DNA from: Heterodontus francisci
Lineage: Eukaryota
DNA length: 64,000 nt
Reading direction: 5' to 3'
Assembly: GCF_036365525.1 (NCBI RefSeq)
Contig: NC_090395.1
Coordinates: 36,864,155-36,928,154, forward strand
Each line of letters starts with the position of its first letter. The first letter of the stretch is position 1. A model generated the notes under the pieces. That model searched no databases and was not told the DNA's origin. It saw nothing but the letters and a program-made list of their open reading frames with translations. A program made the position numbers and the translations under genes. Of this stretch, positions 21,222 to 31,860 are shown piece by piece.

Positions 21222-24200
21222 TCTCCCTCCCCCCGCCCCGCACTCATCCTCCCCTTCCCTCCCCCCGCCCCGCACTCATCCTCCCCCCGCCCCGCACTCA
21301 TCCTCCCCCCGCCCCGCACTCATCCTCCCCCCGCCCCGCACTCATCCCCCCCCCGCCCCGCACTCATCCTCCCCTTCCCCCCCCCGCCCCGCACTCATCC
21401 CCCCCCCGCCCCGCACTCATCCTCCCCCCGCCCCGCACTCATCCTCCCCTTCCCCCCCCCGCCCCGCACTCATCCTCCCCTTCCCCCCCCGCCCCGCACT
21501 CATCCTCCCCTTCCCCCCCCCGCCCCGCACTCATCCTCCCCTTCCCCCCCCCCGCACTCATCCTCCCCTTCCCCCCCCCCCGCCCCGCACTCATCCTCCC
21601 CTTCCCCCCCCCCCGCCCCGCACTCATCCTCCCATTCCCCCCCCCGCCCCGCACTCATCCTCCCATTCCCCCCCCCGCCCCGCACTCATCCTCCCCCTCC
21701 CCCCCGCCCCGCACTCATCCTCCCCCTCCCCCCCCGCCCCGCACTCATCCTCCCCCTCCCCCCCTGCCTCGCACTCATCCTCCCCCTCCCCCCCGCCTCG
21801 CACTCATCTCTTCCCCCCCCCCCGCACTCATCCCCCCCCGCACTCATCCCCCCCCCCGCACTCATCCCCCCCCCCGCACTCATCCCCCCCCCCCGCACTC
21901 ATCCCCCCCCCCGCACTCATCCCCCCCCGCACTCATCCCCCCCCCGCACTCATCCCCCCCCCCCGCACTCATCCCCCCCCCCCGCACTCATCCCCCCCCC
22001 CGCACTCATCCCCCCCCCCGCACTCATCCCCCCCCCCGCACTCATCCCCCCCCCCGCACTCATCCCCCCCCCCGCACTCATCCCCCCCCCCGCACTCATC
22101 CCCCCCCCGCACTCATCCCCCCCCCGCACTCATCCCCCCCCCGCACTCATCCCCCCCCCCGCACTCATCCCCCCCCCCCGCACTCATCCCCCCCCCGCAC
22201 TCATCCCCCCCCCGCACTCATCCCCCCCCCGCACTCATCCCCCCCCCGCACTCATCCCCCCCCGCACTCATCCCCCCCCCGCACTCATCCCCCCCCCGCA
22301 CTCATCCCCCCCCCCGCACTCATCCCCCCCCCGCACTCATCCCCCCCCCGCACTCATCCCCCCCCCCCACTCATCCCCCCCCCCGCACTCATCCCCCCCC
22401 CGCACTCATCCCCCCCCCCGCACTCATCCCCCCCCCGCACTCATCCCCCCCCCGCACTCATCCTCCTCCCCCCCCGCGCACTCATCCTCCTCCCCCCCCC
22501 GCGCACTCATCCTCCTCCTCCCCCCCGCACTCATCCTCCTCCTCCCCCCCGCACTCATCCTCCTCCTCCCCCCCGCACTCATCCTCCTCCTCCCTCCGCA
22601 CTCATCCTCCTCCTCCCCCCCTCACTCATCCTCCTCCTCCCCCCCCGCACTCATCCTCCTCCTCCCCCCCGCACTCATCCTCCTCCTCCCCCCCGCACTC
22701 ATCCTCCTCCCCCCCCCCGCACTCATCCTCCTCCCCCCCCCGCACTCATCCTCCCCCCCCCCGCACTCATCCTCCCCCCCCCCGCACTCATCCTCCCCCC
22801 CGCCGCACTCATCCTCCCCCCCGCCGCACTCATCCTCCCCCCCGCCGCACTCATCCTCCCCCCCGCCGCACTCATCCTCCCCCCCGCCGCACTCATCCTC
22901 CCCCCCCCCGCACTCATCCTCCCCCCCCCGCACTCATCCTCCCCCCCCCGCACTCATCCTCCCCCCCCCGCACTCATCCTCCTCCTCCCCCCCGCACATA
23001 TCCTCCTCCTCCCCCCCGCACATATCCTCCTCCTCCCCCCCGCACATCCTCCCCCCCCCCGCACATCCTCCCCCCCCCCCCGCACATCCTCCCCCCCCCC
23101 CCGCACTCATCCTCCCCCACCCGCACTCATCCTCCCCCCCCCCGCACTCATCCTCCCCCCCCCCCCGCACTCATCCTCCCCCCCCCCCCGCACTCATCCT
23201 CCCCCCCCCCGCACTCATCCTCCCCCCCCCGCACTCATCCTCCCCCTCCCCCCCCGCACTCATCCTCCCCCCCCCCCCGCACTCATCCCCCCCCCCGCAC
23301 TCATCCCCCCCCCGCACTCATCCCCCCCCCGCACTCATCCCCCCCCCGCACTCATCCCCCCCCCGCACTCATCCCCCCCCCGCACTCATCCCCCCCCCCG
23401 CACTCATCCCCCCCCCCGCACTCATCCCCCCCCCCGCACTCATCCCCCCCCGCACTCATCCCCCCCCGCACTCATCCTCCTCCCCCCCCGCGCACTCATC
23501 CTCCTCCCCCCCCGCGCACTCATCCTCCTCCTCCCCCCCGCGCACTCATCCTCCTCCTCCCCCCCGCACTCATCCTCCTCCTCCCCCCCGCACTCATCCT
23601 CCTCCTCCCTCCGCACTCATCCTCCTCCTCCCCCCCTCACTCATCCTCCTCCTCCCCCCCTCACTCATCCTCCTCCTCCCCCCCCCGCACTCATCCTCCT
23701 CCTCCCCCCCGCACTCATCCTCCTCCTCCCCCCCGCACTCATCCTCCTCCCCCCCCGCACTCATCCTCCTCCCCCCCCGCACTCATCCTCCCCCCCCCTG
23801 CACTCATCCTCCCCCCCCCGCACTCATCCTCCCCCCCGCCGCACTCATCCTCCCCCCCGCCGCACTCATCCTCCCCCCCGCCGCACTCATCCTCCCCCCC
23901 GCCGCACTCATCCTCCCCCCCGCCGCACTCATCCTCCCCCCCGCCGCACTCATCCTCCCCCCCCGCACTCATCCTCCCCCCCCCGCACTCATCCTCCCCC
24001 CCCCGCACTCATCCTCCTCCTCCCCCCCGCACATATCCTCCTCCTCCCCCCCGCACATATCCTCCTCCTCCCCCCCGCACATCCTCCCCCCCCCCGCACA
24101 TCCTCCCCCCCCCCCGCACTCATCCTCCCCCACCCGCACTCATCCTCCCCCCCCCCCGCACTCATCCTCCCCCCCCCCCCGCACTCATCCTCCCCCCCCC

Positions 24201-25460
24201 CCCCGCACTCATCCTCCCCCCCCCCCCCGCACTCATCCTCCCCCCCCCCCCCCCCGCACTCATCCTCCCCCCCCCGCACTCATCCTCCCCCCCCCCCTGC
24301 ACTCATCCTCCCCCCCCCGCACTCATCCTCCCCCCCCCCGCACTCATCCTCCCCCCCCCCGCACTCATCCTCCCCCCCCCCCCCCGCACTCATCCTCCCC
24401 CCCCGCACTCATCCTCCCCCCCCGCACTCATCCTCCCCCCCCGCACTCATCCTCCCCCCCCCCCGCACTCATCCTCCCCCCCCCCCCGCACTCATCCTCC
24501 CCCCCCCCCGCACTCATCCTCCCCCCCCCCCGCACTCATCCTCCCCCCCACCGCACTCATCCTCCCCCCCACCGCACTCATCCTCCCCCCCCCCGCACTC
24601 ATCCTCCCCCCCCCCGCACTCATCCTCCCCCCCCCCCCCGCACTCATCCTCCCCCCCCCGCACTCATCCTCCCCCCCCCCCGCACTCATCCCCCACCCCG
24701 CACTCATCCTTCCCCCCCCCGCACTCATCCTTCTCCCCCCCCCGCACACATCCTTCCCCCCCCCGCACTCATCCTTCCCCCCCCCCGCACTCATCCTTCC
24801 CCCCCCCCGCACTCATCCTCCCCCCCCCGCACTCATCCTCCCCCCCCGCACTCATCCTTCCCCCCCCGCACTCATCCTACCCCCCCCCCCCGCACTCATC
24901 CTCCCCCCCCCCGGCACTCATCCTCCCCCCCCCCGCACTCATCCTCCCCCCCCCGCACTCATCCTCCCCCCCCCGCACTCATCCTCTCCCCCCCCGCACT
25001 CATCCTCTCCCCCCCCCGCACTCATCCTCTCCCCCCCCCGCACTCATCCTCTCCCCCCCCCGCACTCATCCTCTCCCCCCCCCCGCACTCATCCTCCCCC
25101 CCCGCACTCATCCTTCCCCCCCCGCACTCATCCTACCCCCCCCCCCGCACTCATCCTCCCCCCCCCCCGCACTCATCCTCCCCCCCCCCGCACTCATCCT
25201 CCCCCCCCCGCACTCATCCTCTCCCCCCCCGCACTCATCCTCTCCCCCCCCCGCACTCATCCTCTCCCCCCCCCGCACTCATCCTCTCCCCCCCCCGCAC
25301 TCATCCTCTCCCCCCCCCCGCACTCATCCCCCCCCCCGCACTCATCCCCCCCCCCGCCCACCCCGCACTCATCCCCCCCCGCACTCATCCCCCCCCACCC
25401 CGCACTCATCCCCCCCCGCACTCATCCCCCCCCACCCCGCACTCATCTCTCTCCCCCCCT
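21222..25460. repeat. 4.2-kb C-rich minisatellite, unit GCACTCAT(CCT)0-4 + C-run, with sub-domains and a higher-order duplication
   Basis: Directly visible tandem array with extreme strand C/G skew and usually one CpG per unit. Confidence 0.98.
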
Positions 25461-26189
25461 GGGAAGGGAAGGGGGTGCAGGTAATAAAACATTTCATCAG
25501 AGTACAAAATCTTAATACTGTGTTATCCCAAGTGACTTTGTGCAAGTTGGCATCGATCATTGGTAGTCCTCTGAATTGCTTATAGTGAGTCTCAAGCTCG
25601 GCTTTCATAAATGGTTTGTTGTAATTTTGTTCTTGGAATTGGACTTCCTGCTAACTTTGTAATGTCAGAATTTGTGGGGGCTGATGGAAGAATATATTGT
25701 GAAACAACAAACTATTTTAAACCAAGGTTATACAATGATTAGGATACGTATATGTGACAATTTATTATCAATTGGTGTTCAGTTTTTTGCTAATTTTTAG
25801 ATATATTGAGAACTTTTTTTTAATTTGTGGACCCATTTTATATGTATTGAATATGTATAAAAGTGATTTTGTATAGAATTACAATTAAAATTCAATTCTG
25901 TTTTATATTAAGTTGGTAAAACCAGGTAACTTAAAATGAGCTAGTTTTATTCTGTGCCATGATGTTTGATACAGCTAAGTGAATTCTAATTAGTTTCTTA
26001 TGCAGTATTTTTGCTGCTGTTCTATATTGGCAGAGGGAAGAAAATAACCCCCGAAAATAGAGACCATTTCCTTCCCATGTTGTGGGAGTACTGTTTTATT
26101 TAAAACTACCTTGGTACAGATTTACTTGAGGGAGTACATTTTATAGTTGTGTATCATGTGTAACATTAAAGATTATGGAAGTGGATATC

Positions 26190-26630
26190 GGGTTGCTATA
26201 GGCATCACTTCGAATTCATTAGACTGCTAATGGCAGCACCGTAGGTAATAAGGTCATACTTTCTTGGTCTCAGTGCATTGCAGAGACCTTGCTATGGTAA
26301 CTAAGAAGGCAAATACATTTTTGCTAGAATGCAAACAAAGCGATTGTGCCACTAGTACAGTATTGAGCTTAAAATGGTCGTAAATTGAAGAATACCTGTG
26401 ACATTTCTATTCACAGAAAAAGTATATAAATTGTTACCAATGTTGGAATTTTGCTGCTAGATAGCAACGGTTTTGGTCGTGGTATAATCCTGTTATGCAG
26501 TGGATTGCAAGTATAGTTACATAGTTAATATAGTTGTTTGTATTTAAGACACTATGGAATTAGAAAAGGCACTAGCCAGCCAAAAAGCGAAGAGTGGAGA
26601 GATTGTTGCATGACAAGTGAGGCAACACTT
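26190..26630. promoter_or_regulatory. Cluster of RFX X-box-like motifs in unique intronic DNA
   Basis: GTTGCTATAGGCATC (26192), CTTGCTATGGTAAC (26288), GCTAGATAGCAAC (~26456) and GTTGCATGACAAG (26605), compared with the consensus GTNRCC(N0-3)RGYAAC. Confidence 0.4.
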
Positions 26631-27449
26631 CTTTAAGAGAAATCATTAAAAAATGAGTATGAACTTATAATTCTTGAGTGTAGGCGAATTTTTCTTTGGA
26701 AACCTGCCTATTTGACAGTTCATTCATTGCAATAAAGTGAATTATTGAAGTGGAACAGAATAAAAGTCAGAATGGATTTAGTATCTCAATTTATTCTAAG
26801 ACTAAAACTTCTAAAAATACTGAATTTTCATTCTTTAGTGTTTGTATTCGTCTATTATTTTAATTAGACAGTGAAACTTAGACTTTTGGCAATTAAATTG
26901 ATTTTTTTCCTCTCTTCTCCATCCCCCACCTCCTGGCCAGCATGATGTATTATGTATTGACACAATGGGTGGAATTTTACCGTCCCCTTAGTGAGGGTCT
27001 GGGGGACTGGTAGAATGTTAGGGGAAAACTTCAGAGCAGAATTCCAACGTCTTCTCACCACTGGGCAGATTTCCCAGAGGTGGTCAGGCAGTAGGATCGC
27101 AATTGTGCAGAACAGCGCCGGACAGGCAGTTGAGGCCGTTGAGCAGCCAATTGTCTGCAATTTTTGAGGTGGATTTTAAACTTTACTGGGGATGCGTGGG
27201 TTCTATGGAGTGACAGTGGCGTGCCAGCTAAATGGAGGTGAGAGATCAGCGGCAGATGACTGGTAGCTGGAGGTGGAAGCCATCATATACATCCGTGTAG
27301 CCAAACAGGCAGGTGACATTCATTCAAGCAAAGGAGTGAAAAGTTGAAGGGATTGCACAGTGGGAGCCCATTTATTGGAAGGGCCTCTCCCAGGTCCACT
27401 TCATCTAGTGCAGACAGCACTAGGGGATTGAGAACCTTGTGGGATCCAG

Positions 27450-28569
27450 TTCTCAGTGTATGGTATGTACTTTAAGAATTTGACTCCTTCAGTGGGGAGG
27501 AGAAGGGGAGTGAGAGACAGTTGCAGCCACATGGAGTGGGCAGTAGCCTCGCGATGGCAAGAGGGGACATGGATGAGGAGGGCGCATAGGGCCAAGAATG
27601 CAGATTATGTTAGCCAGAAGGTGCTACGCAGCGGAAAGGATTTACAGAGGCTCTGCTTCGTGAGGATGTCGGAGCACCAGTATCTCAAGACTGCATCTCT
27701 CCAGCCAGGTGGTAGTGGGTCTCTACGGAATGTTGGAGGAGGTGTTGATGCCAATGGGATGCGGTGGCCTCTGGCGGTGAAGGTGACTGTGGCGCTCCAC
27801 TTTTATGTCTGTCATCATTCTAGGGGTCGGCTGGAGACATCTGTGGGACATGCCAGTCAGCGGCCTATTTCTGCATCAAGTAGGTGACAGATGCCATGTA
27901 CCAGAGGGCAGGGCAATACATAAGGTATCGCATAGATCAAGCTGAGAAGACGATAGGATTCGAGACCATTGCTGGATTCCCTCAGGTGCAGGAAGTAATC
28001 GACTGTATGCATGTGGCCATCCAGGCTCCCACGGAGCAGCCAGGAGTCTCTCAACAGGAAGGGGTTCCACTTGCTAAATGTTCAATTAGTCTGCGACCAC
28101 AGCAAAAGGATCCTGCAGGTGTGTGCACGGTTCCGGGGGAAACTGCCACGACTCCCAGATGCTTTGGCTTTTCGGGCCACCCGAACGACTTTGTGGATGG
28201 ATACTAGGTGACCAGGAGTATGCACTGAAGACATGACTTCGGAGGACAAAGGCAATCATTGAACAAGCGATAGGCCTTCTGAAAATGAGGTTCAATTGCC
28301 TGGATAGATCTGGGGCAGCCCTGCAGTATGCCCCTGCAAGGGTCTCCCATGTTCTGATGACCTGCTGTGCTGTGAACAACCTGGTGCCCCAGAGGGGAGT
28401 AGCACTGGAGAATGACCACATTGAGCGCTCCCCCTCCGAGGAGGAAGAGTTAGAGGGGGATCAAGACCAGGTGGACAATGGAAATGCACTTGCAGGAACG
28501 ATGTCAATGGACATTGACATACGTGCCAATGAGACACATGACTCACTCGTAAGCACACTTTTCTCCTGA
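27450..28569 (+). pseudogene. Harbinger (HARBI1-like) DDE transposase, frameshifted
   Basis: 'IAGFPQVQEVIDCMHVAIQAP', 'NRKGFHLLNVQLVCDH' and 'IEQAIGLLKMRFNCLDRSGAALQYAP...CCAVNN'. Confidence 0.88.
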
Positions 28570-29393
28570 GATACCCTTTAAGTGTCCCTGGAAATGATTC
28601 ACTCACTCTTCTTTCTGATGTAGCCTTGGTGGCCTTTCATTAAACATCCTTACCTGGCTCCATTACTATAGCAATCCTAGGGATTTACCTCATTCTGCTT
28701 TCATGCCCTCCATCTTAAGTACTCATCATCTAGTAATGGCCCACTGGTGCAGAAATGAACAGACAAACCATTACATATGCATTACAAGATCTTTTAAGTG
28801 GCACATACATCTAATGCTTTGGCATTCAGCATAAAACTATCACCCAGTGCAACCTAAGTGGATTTACCCGAAGGCCTCTGGTGCTCCCACGTTGTGCCCT
28901 CCCAGCACCGGTGTTTGAAATGGAGGTAGACTGGCCACTGCCTGTTTTGCTCCTGTACATGAGATAACCGTGGCAGACAGCCTTTGGGTGCCTGAGCTCT
29001 AGATGGGTCCAGCATATGGGGTGGGGTGGGGCCACCTGCATCTGTGCAGGGGCTGCTTGTGTCACTGGGGCTTCATGAAGCATTCGTGTCACCATCAAAG
29101 GGGCCAAGGATCCTAGTTCAATGCAAAGAGCACCTTGAGAAGAGCCCCCATAGGCTGTCAGCTGTCACTGCCTCTGTTATCTGCTCTTGCGCACCTGTGC
29201 TGGGCTGACCAGCTGGTGCCACCTTTTCTAACCACGCTTCAATGCCCACCGACATGAGAGTATCTGCGAGGTGGAAGGTGTGCTAGAATGATGTGACGCT
29301 GTCTCCTCAGTTGTTGGTTTCCCCTCTGAGGTATCATTTGGTCACGGAGCTGTTGTCAGTCCCTCATTTGCAACTGGACCTGCAGGAACGATG

Positions 29394-31045
29394 AGTGATG
29401 TATCTAATTGAAATTTTTGATGCAGTAACAGCGAAGGTTGATGAAGTGAATGTAGTGGATGTTGTCTATATGTATTTTAAGAAAGCGTTTGATAAAGTAC
29501 CACGTAAGAGGCTGGTTAACAAAATTGAGGCCCATGGAATAGGAGGGTCAGTGTCCAATTGGATTTTTAAAAAACTGGCTTAAAAGATAGAAAACAGCAA
29601 GTCTTGGTAAATGGATGTTTTTCAGAATGGAGGATGGTAGACAGTGATGTTCCCCAAGGGTCAGTGCCAGGGCCACTGATTTTTTTTTTGTTGATATATA
29701 TAAATGACTTAGATCTTGGAATACAGAGTATAATCTCAATTTGCTGATGATACCAAACTTGAAGGAGCGGCAAACAGTGAAGATGATATGAACTGCCTGC
29801 AACAGGACACAGAATAGGCAGACAAGTGGCTGATGGAATTTAATACATTTTGGCAGAAGGGATAGGTTGAAGCAATGGCGCAGTTCTAAAGAGTTTGCAG
29901 GAACAGAGGGACCTGGGGGTGCATGTGCATTGATCTTTGAAGGTGGCAGGCCATTCAGCGGGCCGGCAGCTCTTAGTCCCAGCAGCGCCACCAGGAGCGG
30001 TGGCCACTGCTAGGACTACAGTCCAGTGCCTCGAATAGATGTTGTGGAGCCGGGAGGAAAGGTAGGTTTTTTGGTTGCCTTGCCTGGGGTAATCGGTTGG
30101 GCCCCAGCAAGGCAAGGGTGGTCGTTTGGGGGGAGTGGGGGCATGTTGGATCTTGGGGGTGGTTGGGGTAGTGGGGACAGCCGTCCATTGGGCACACTCC
30201 CCCCACCCCACCTGAGACGATTGAAAACTGCCTGCAATTCTCAGGCAGCTTTTCCCGGCTCCAGGACGCCCGCTTGCCACACGTAAAATCTGCGTGGAGG
30301 CAGGCGAGGGCCCTGAAGTGGCCACTTAAGGGCCTTGATTGGCCTGGGGCGGGCGGGACGTTTTTTTTTGTCCCCCCCCCCCCGCCCTATGCAAAGGGGG
30401 GGCAGAGGCGGGAGTGGGTCGGGGGAGCCTCCTGCTCCATTTTATGCCACCATCCGGCTCGTTGGGGTGGTGTAAAATTCCGGCCATTGAGTATAAAAGC
30501 AGGGAAGTTATGCTGAACCTTTTCTAGAGCTCTGGTTAGGCCCCAACTAGAATATTGTGCCCAGTTCTGGTCACCACACTTTAGGGTGGATGTGAAGGTC
30601 CTTGAGCAGGTGGACAGCAGATTTACCAGAATGGTTCCAGGTATGGGGAATTTAGGTTGGAAAAACTGGGATTGTTCTTCTTGAAGCAAAGGAGATTGAG
30701 GAGAGATTTGTTAAAGGTGTACAAGATTTTACAGGCTTAGATAAGTTTGACAAGGTAAAACTTCCCACTAAGTGATGGCAGAAGGAGTGGGGGCACTGAT
30801 TGAAGGTTTAGGACAAAAGATGCAGGGGGAATGTGAGGAAGAATTTTTTTACATAATGAGTGGTAATGACCTAGAACTCGCCGCCCACAAGGGTGGTTGA
30901 AGCAGAGAGAATCACTGATTTCAAAAGTAAATTGGATGGGCACTTGAAATAATCTTGTGGGGGATTAGGACTGACTGGATTGCTCTGCGGAGAGCTGGCA
31001 TGGACTCGATGGGCCAAATGGCCTCCTATGTTGTAAATGACTGTT
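29394..31045 (+). mobile_element. CR1 3' fragment inserted in the Harbinger element
   Basis: 'VDVVYMYFKKAFDKVP', 'FADD', 'LVRPQLEYCAQFWSP' and a CR1 3' UTR. Confidence 0.85.
29950..30485. mobile_element. Harbinger-type MITE (partial), same family as 59105-59788
   Basis: Ends GTAAAATTCCGGCC; shares GGCCACTTAAGGGCC and, inverted, GCTGGGACTAAGAGCTGC. Confidence 0.75.
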
Positions 31046-31099
31046 AGCATGTTGCGCTTTCAATCAACAACTGCTGCCTGTTCTTGATCTGGAGCTTCC

Positions 31100-31860
31100 T
31101 ATGTTCTTCAGGGCCCATAGGGGTGCCATAGTTTGTACTCGGCAGAAAGATCAATGCCTGTTTCCATCACGTTATTCACTCTCATGGGCTCCACAACCAC
31201 CTTGCCCTCATTGACAGTCTGCCCTGCTGCAAACCATCCTATTTCTATTGCTGCCTCCTCCATCGGAGTCACTACAGGTATGAATGCCACACCACCTCCA
31301 GTTCTTCTACACTCCCTGGCGTTGAGAGCACGCTTCTCCTGCAACCACGAATATACAGAGTGCCACTTGTTTGTCATAGGCATGTGGTGCTCGTCAGCCT
31401 AGGCCAGCTTCCATCTCGAGCATCTTACTACTGGGAGGCCTGCTGCAAGCATCAATTCAGTCTTGGTAATGTAGCGTTCAATTTTGACTGACAATGGGGC
31501 TCGTGTGAGGCTACTCTGTGCCTCACTATGAACGCTGGTTCCTGGTCATGCCTGATGCATGGGTTGGCCACATGGGTTCCATTGATGACCTGCAGGGATA
31601 CGAGCTTGCTATTATGAATGCCACTCACTTACCAGACCATACAAGGTCTTTGAAACGCTTGCAGCACTGCGCCCTTGTTCATGCAACCACCCTGCAGCTG
31701 CTGACCTCCTTGGCCACCTCCAGCCATGCCTCCTTCATGAGGCTTGCTGGCCTCCTCCTCCTCCTCCCATCTGCTGGGGAGTGCACCTCTCTCGTTTCCC
31801 TCACAGCCTGCACAAACCCCCTCCAGTGAAGCTTCACTGAACCTTGGTGCTACCCTTCTT
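31100..31860 (-). pseudogene. Harbinger Myb/SANT-like (trihelix) DNA-binding gene, exons 1-2
   Basis: Exon 1 (~31650-31860) 'RVAPRFSEASLE...EAWLEVAKEVSS...QCCKRFKDL' ends at a GTAAGT donor. Exon 2 reads 'QEKRALNARECRRTGGG...TPMEE'. Confidence 0.8.

Noticed and set aside
21439-24812. Gly-rich minus-strand ORFs (GEDECGG / RMSAGG repeats)
   Set aside because: Translations of the same satellite; no evidence of coding constraint.
21222-25460. CRISPR-like array or telomeric repeat
   Set aside because: No unique spacers, no cas genes, vertebrate context, and the unit is not TTAGGG.
21169-25585. Two giant proline-rich ORFs (1448 and 1458 aa) resembling extensin/formin
   Set aside because: By-product of a C-rich satellite that cannot contain stop codons on the plus strand. 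Multiple frames are open and unit lengths are not multiples of three.
27450-28569. Domesticated HARBI1 host gene
   Set aside because: Frameshifted, flanked by TIRs and paired with a Myb/SANT gene, so a transposon copy.
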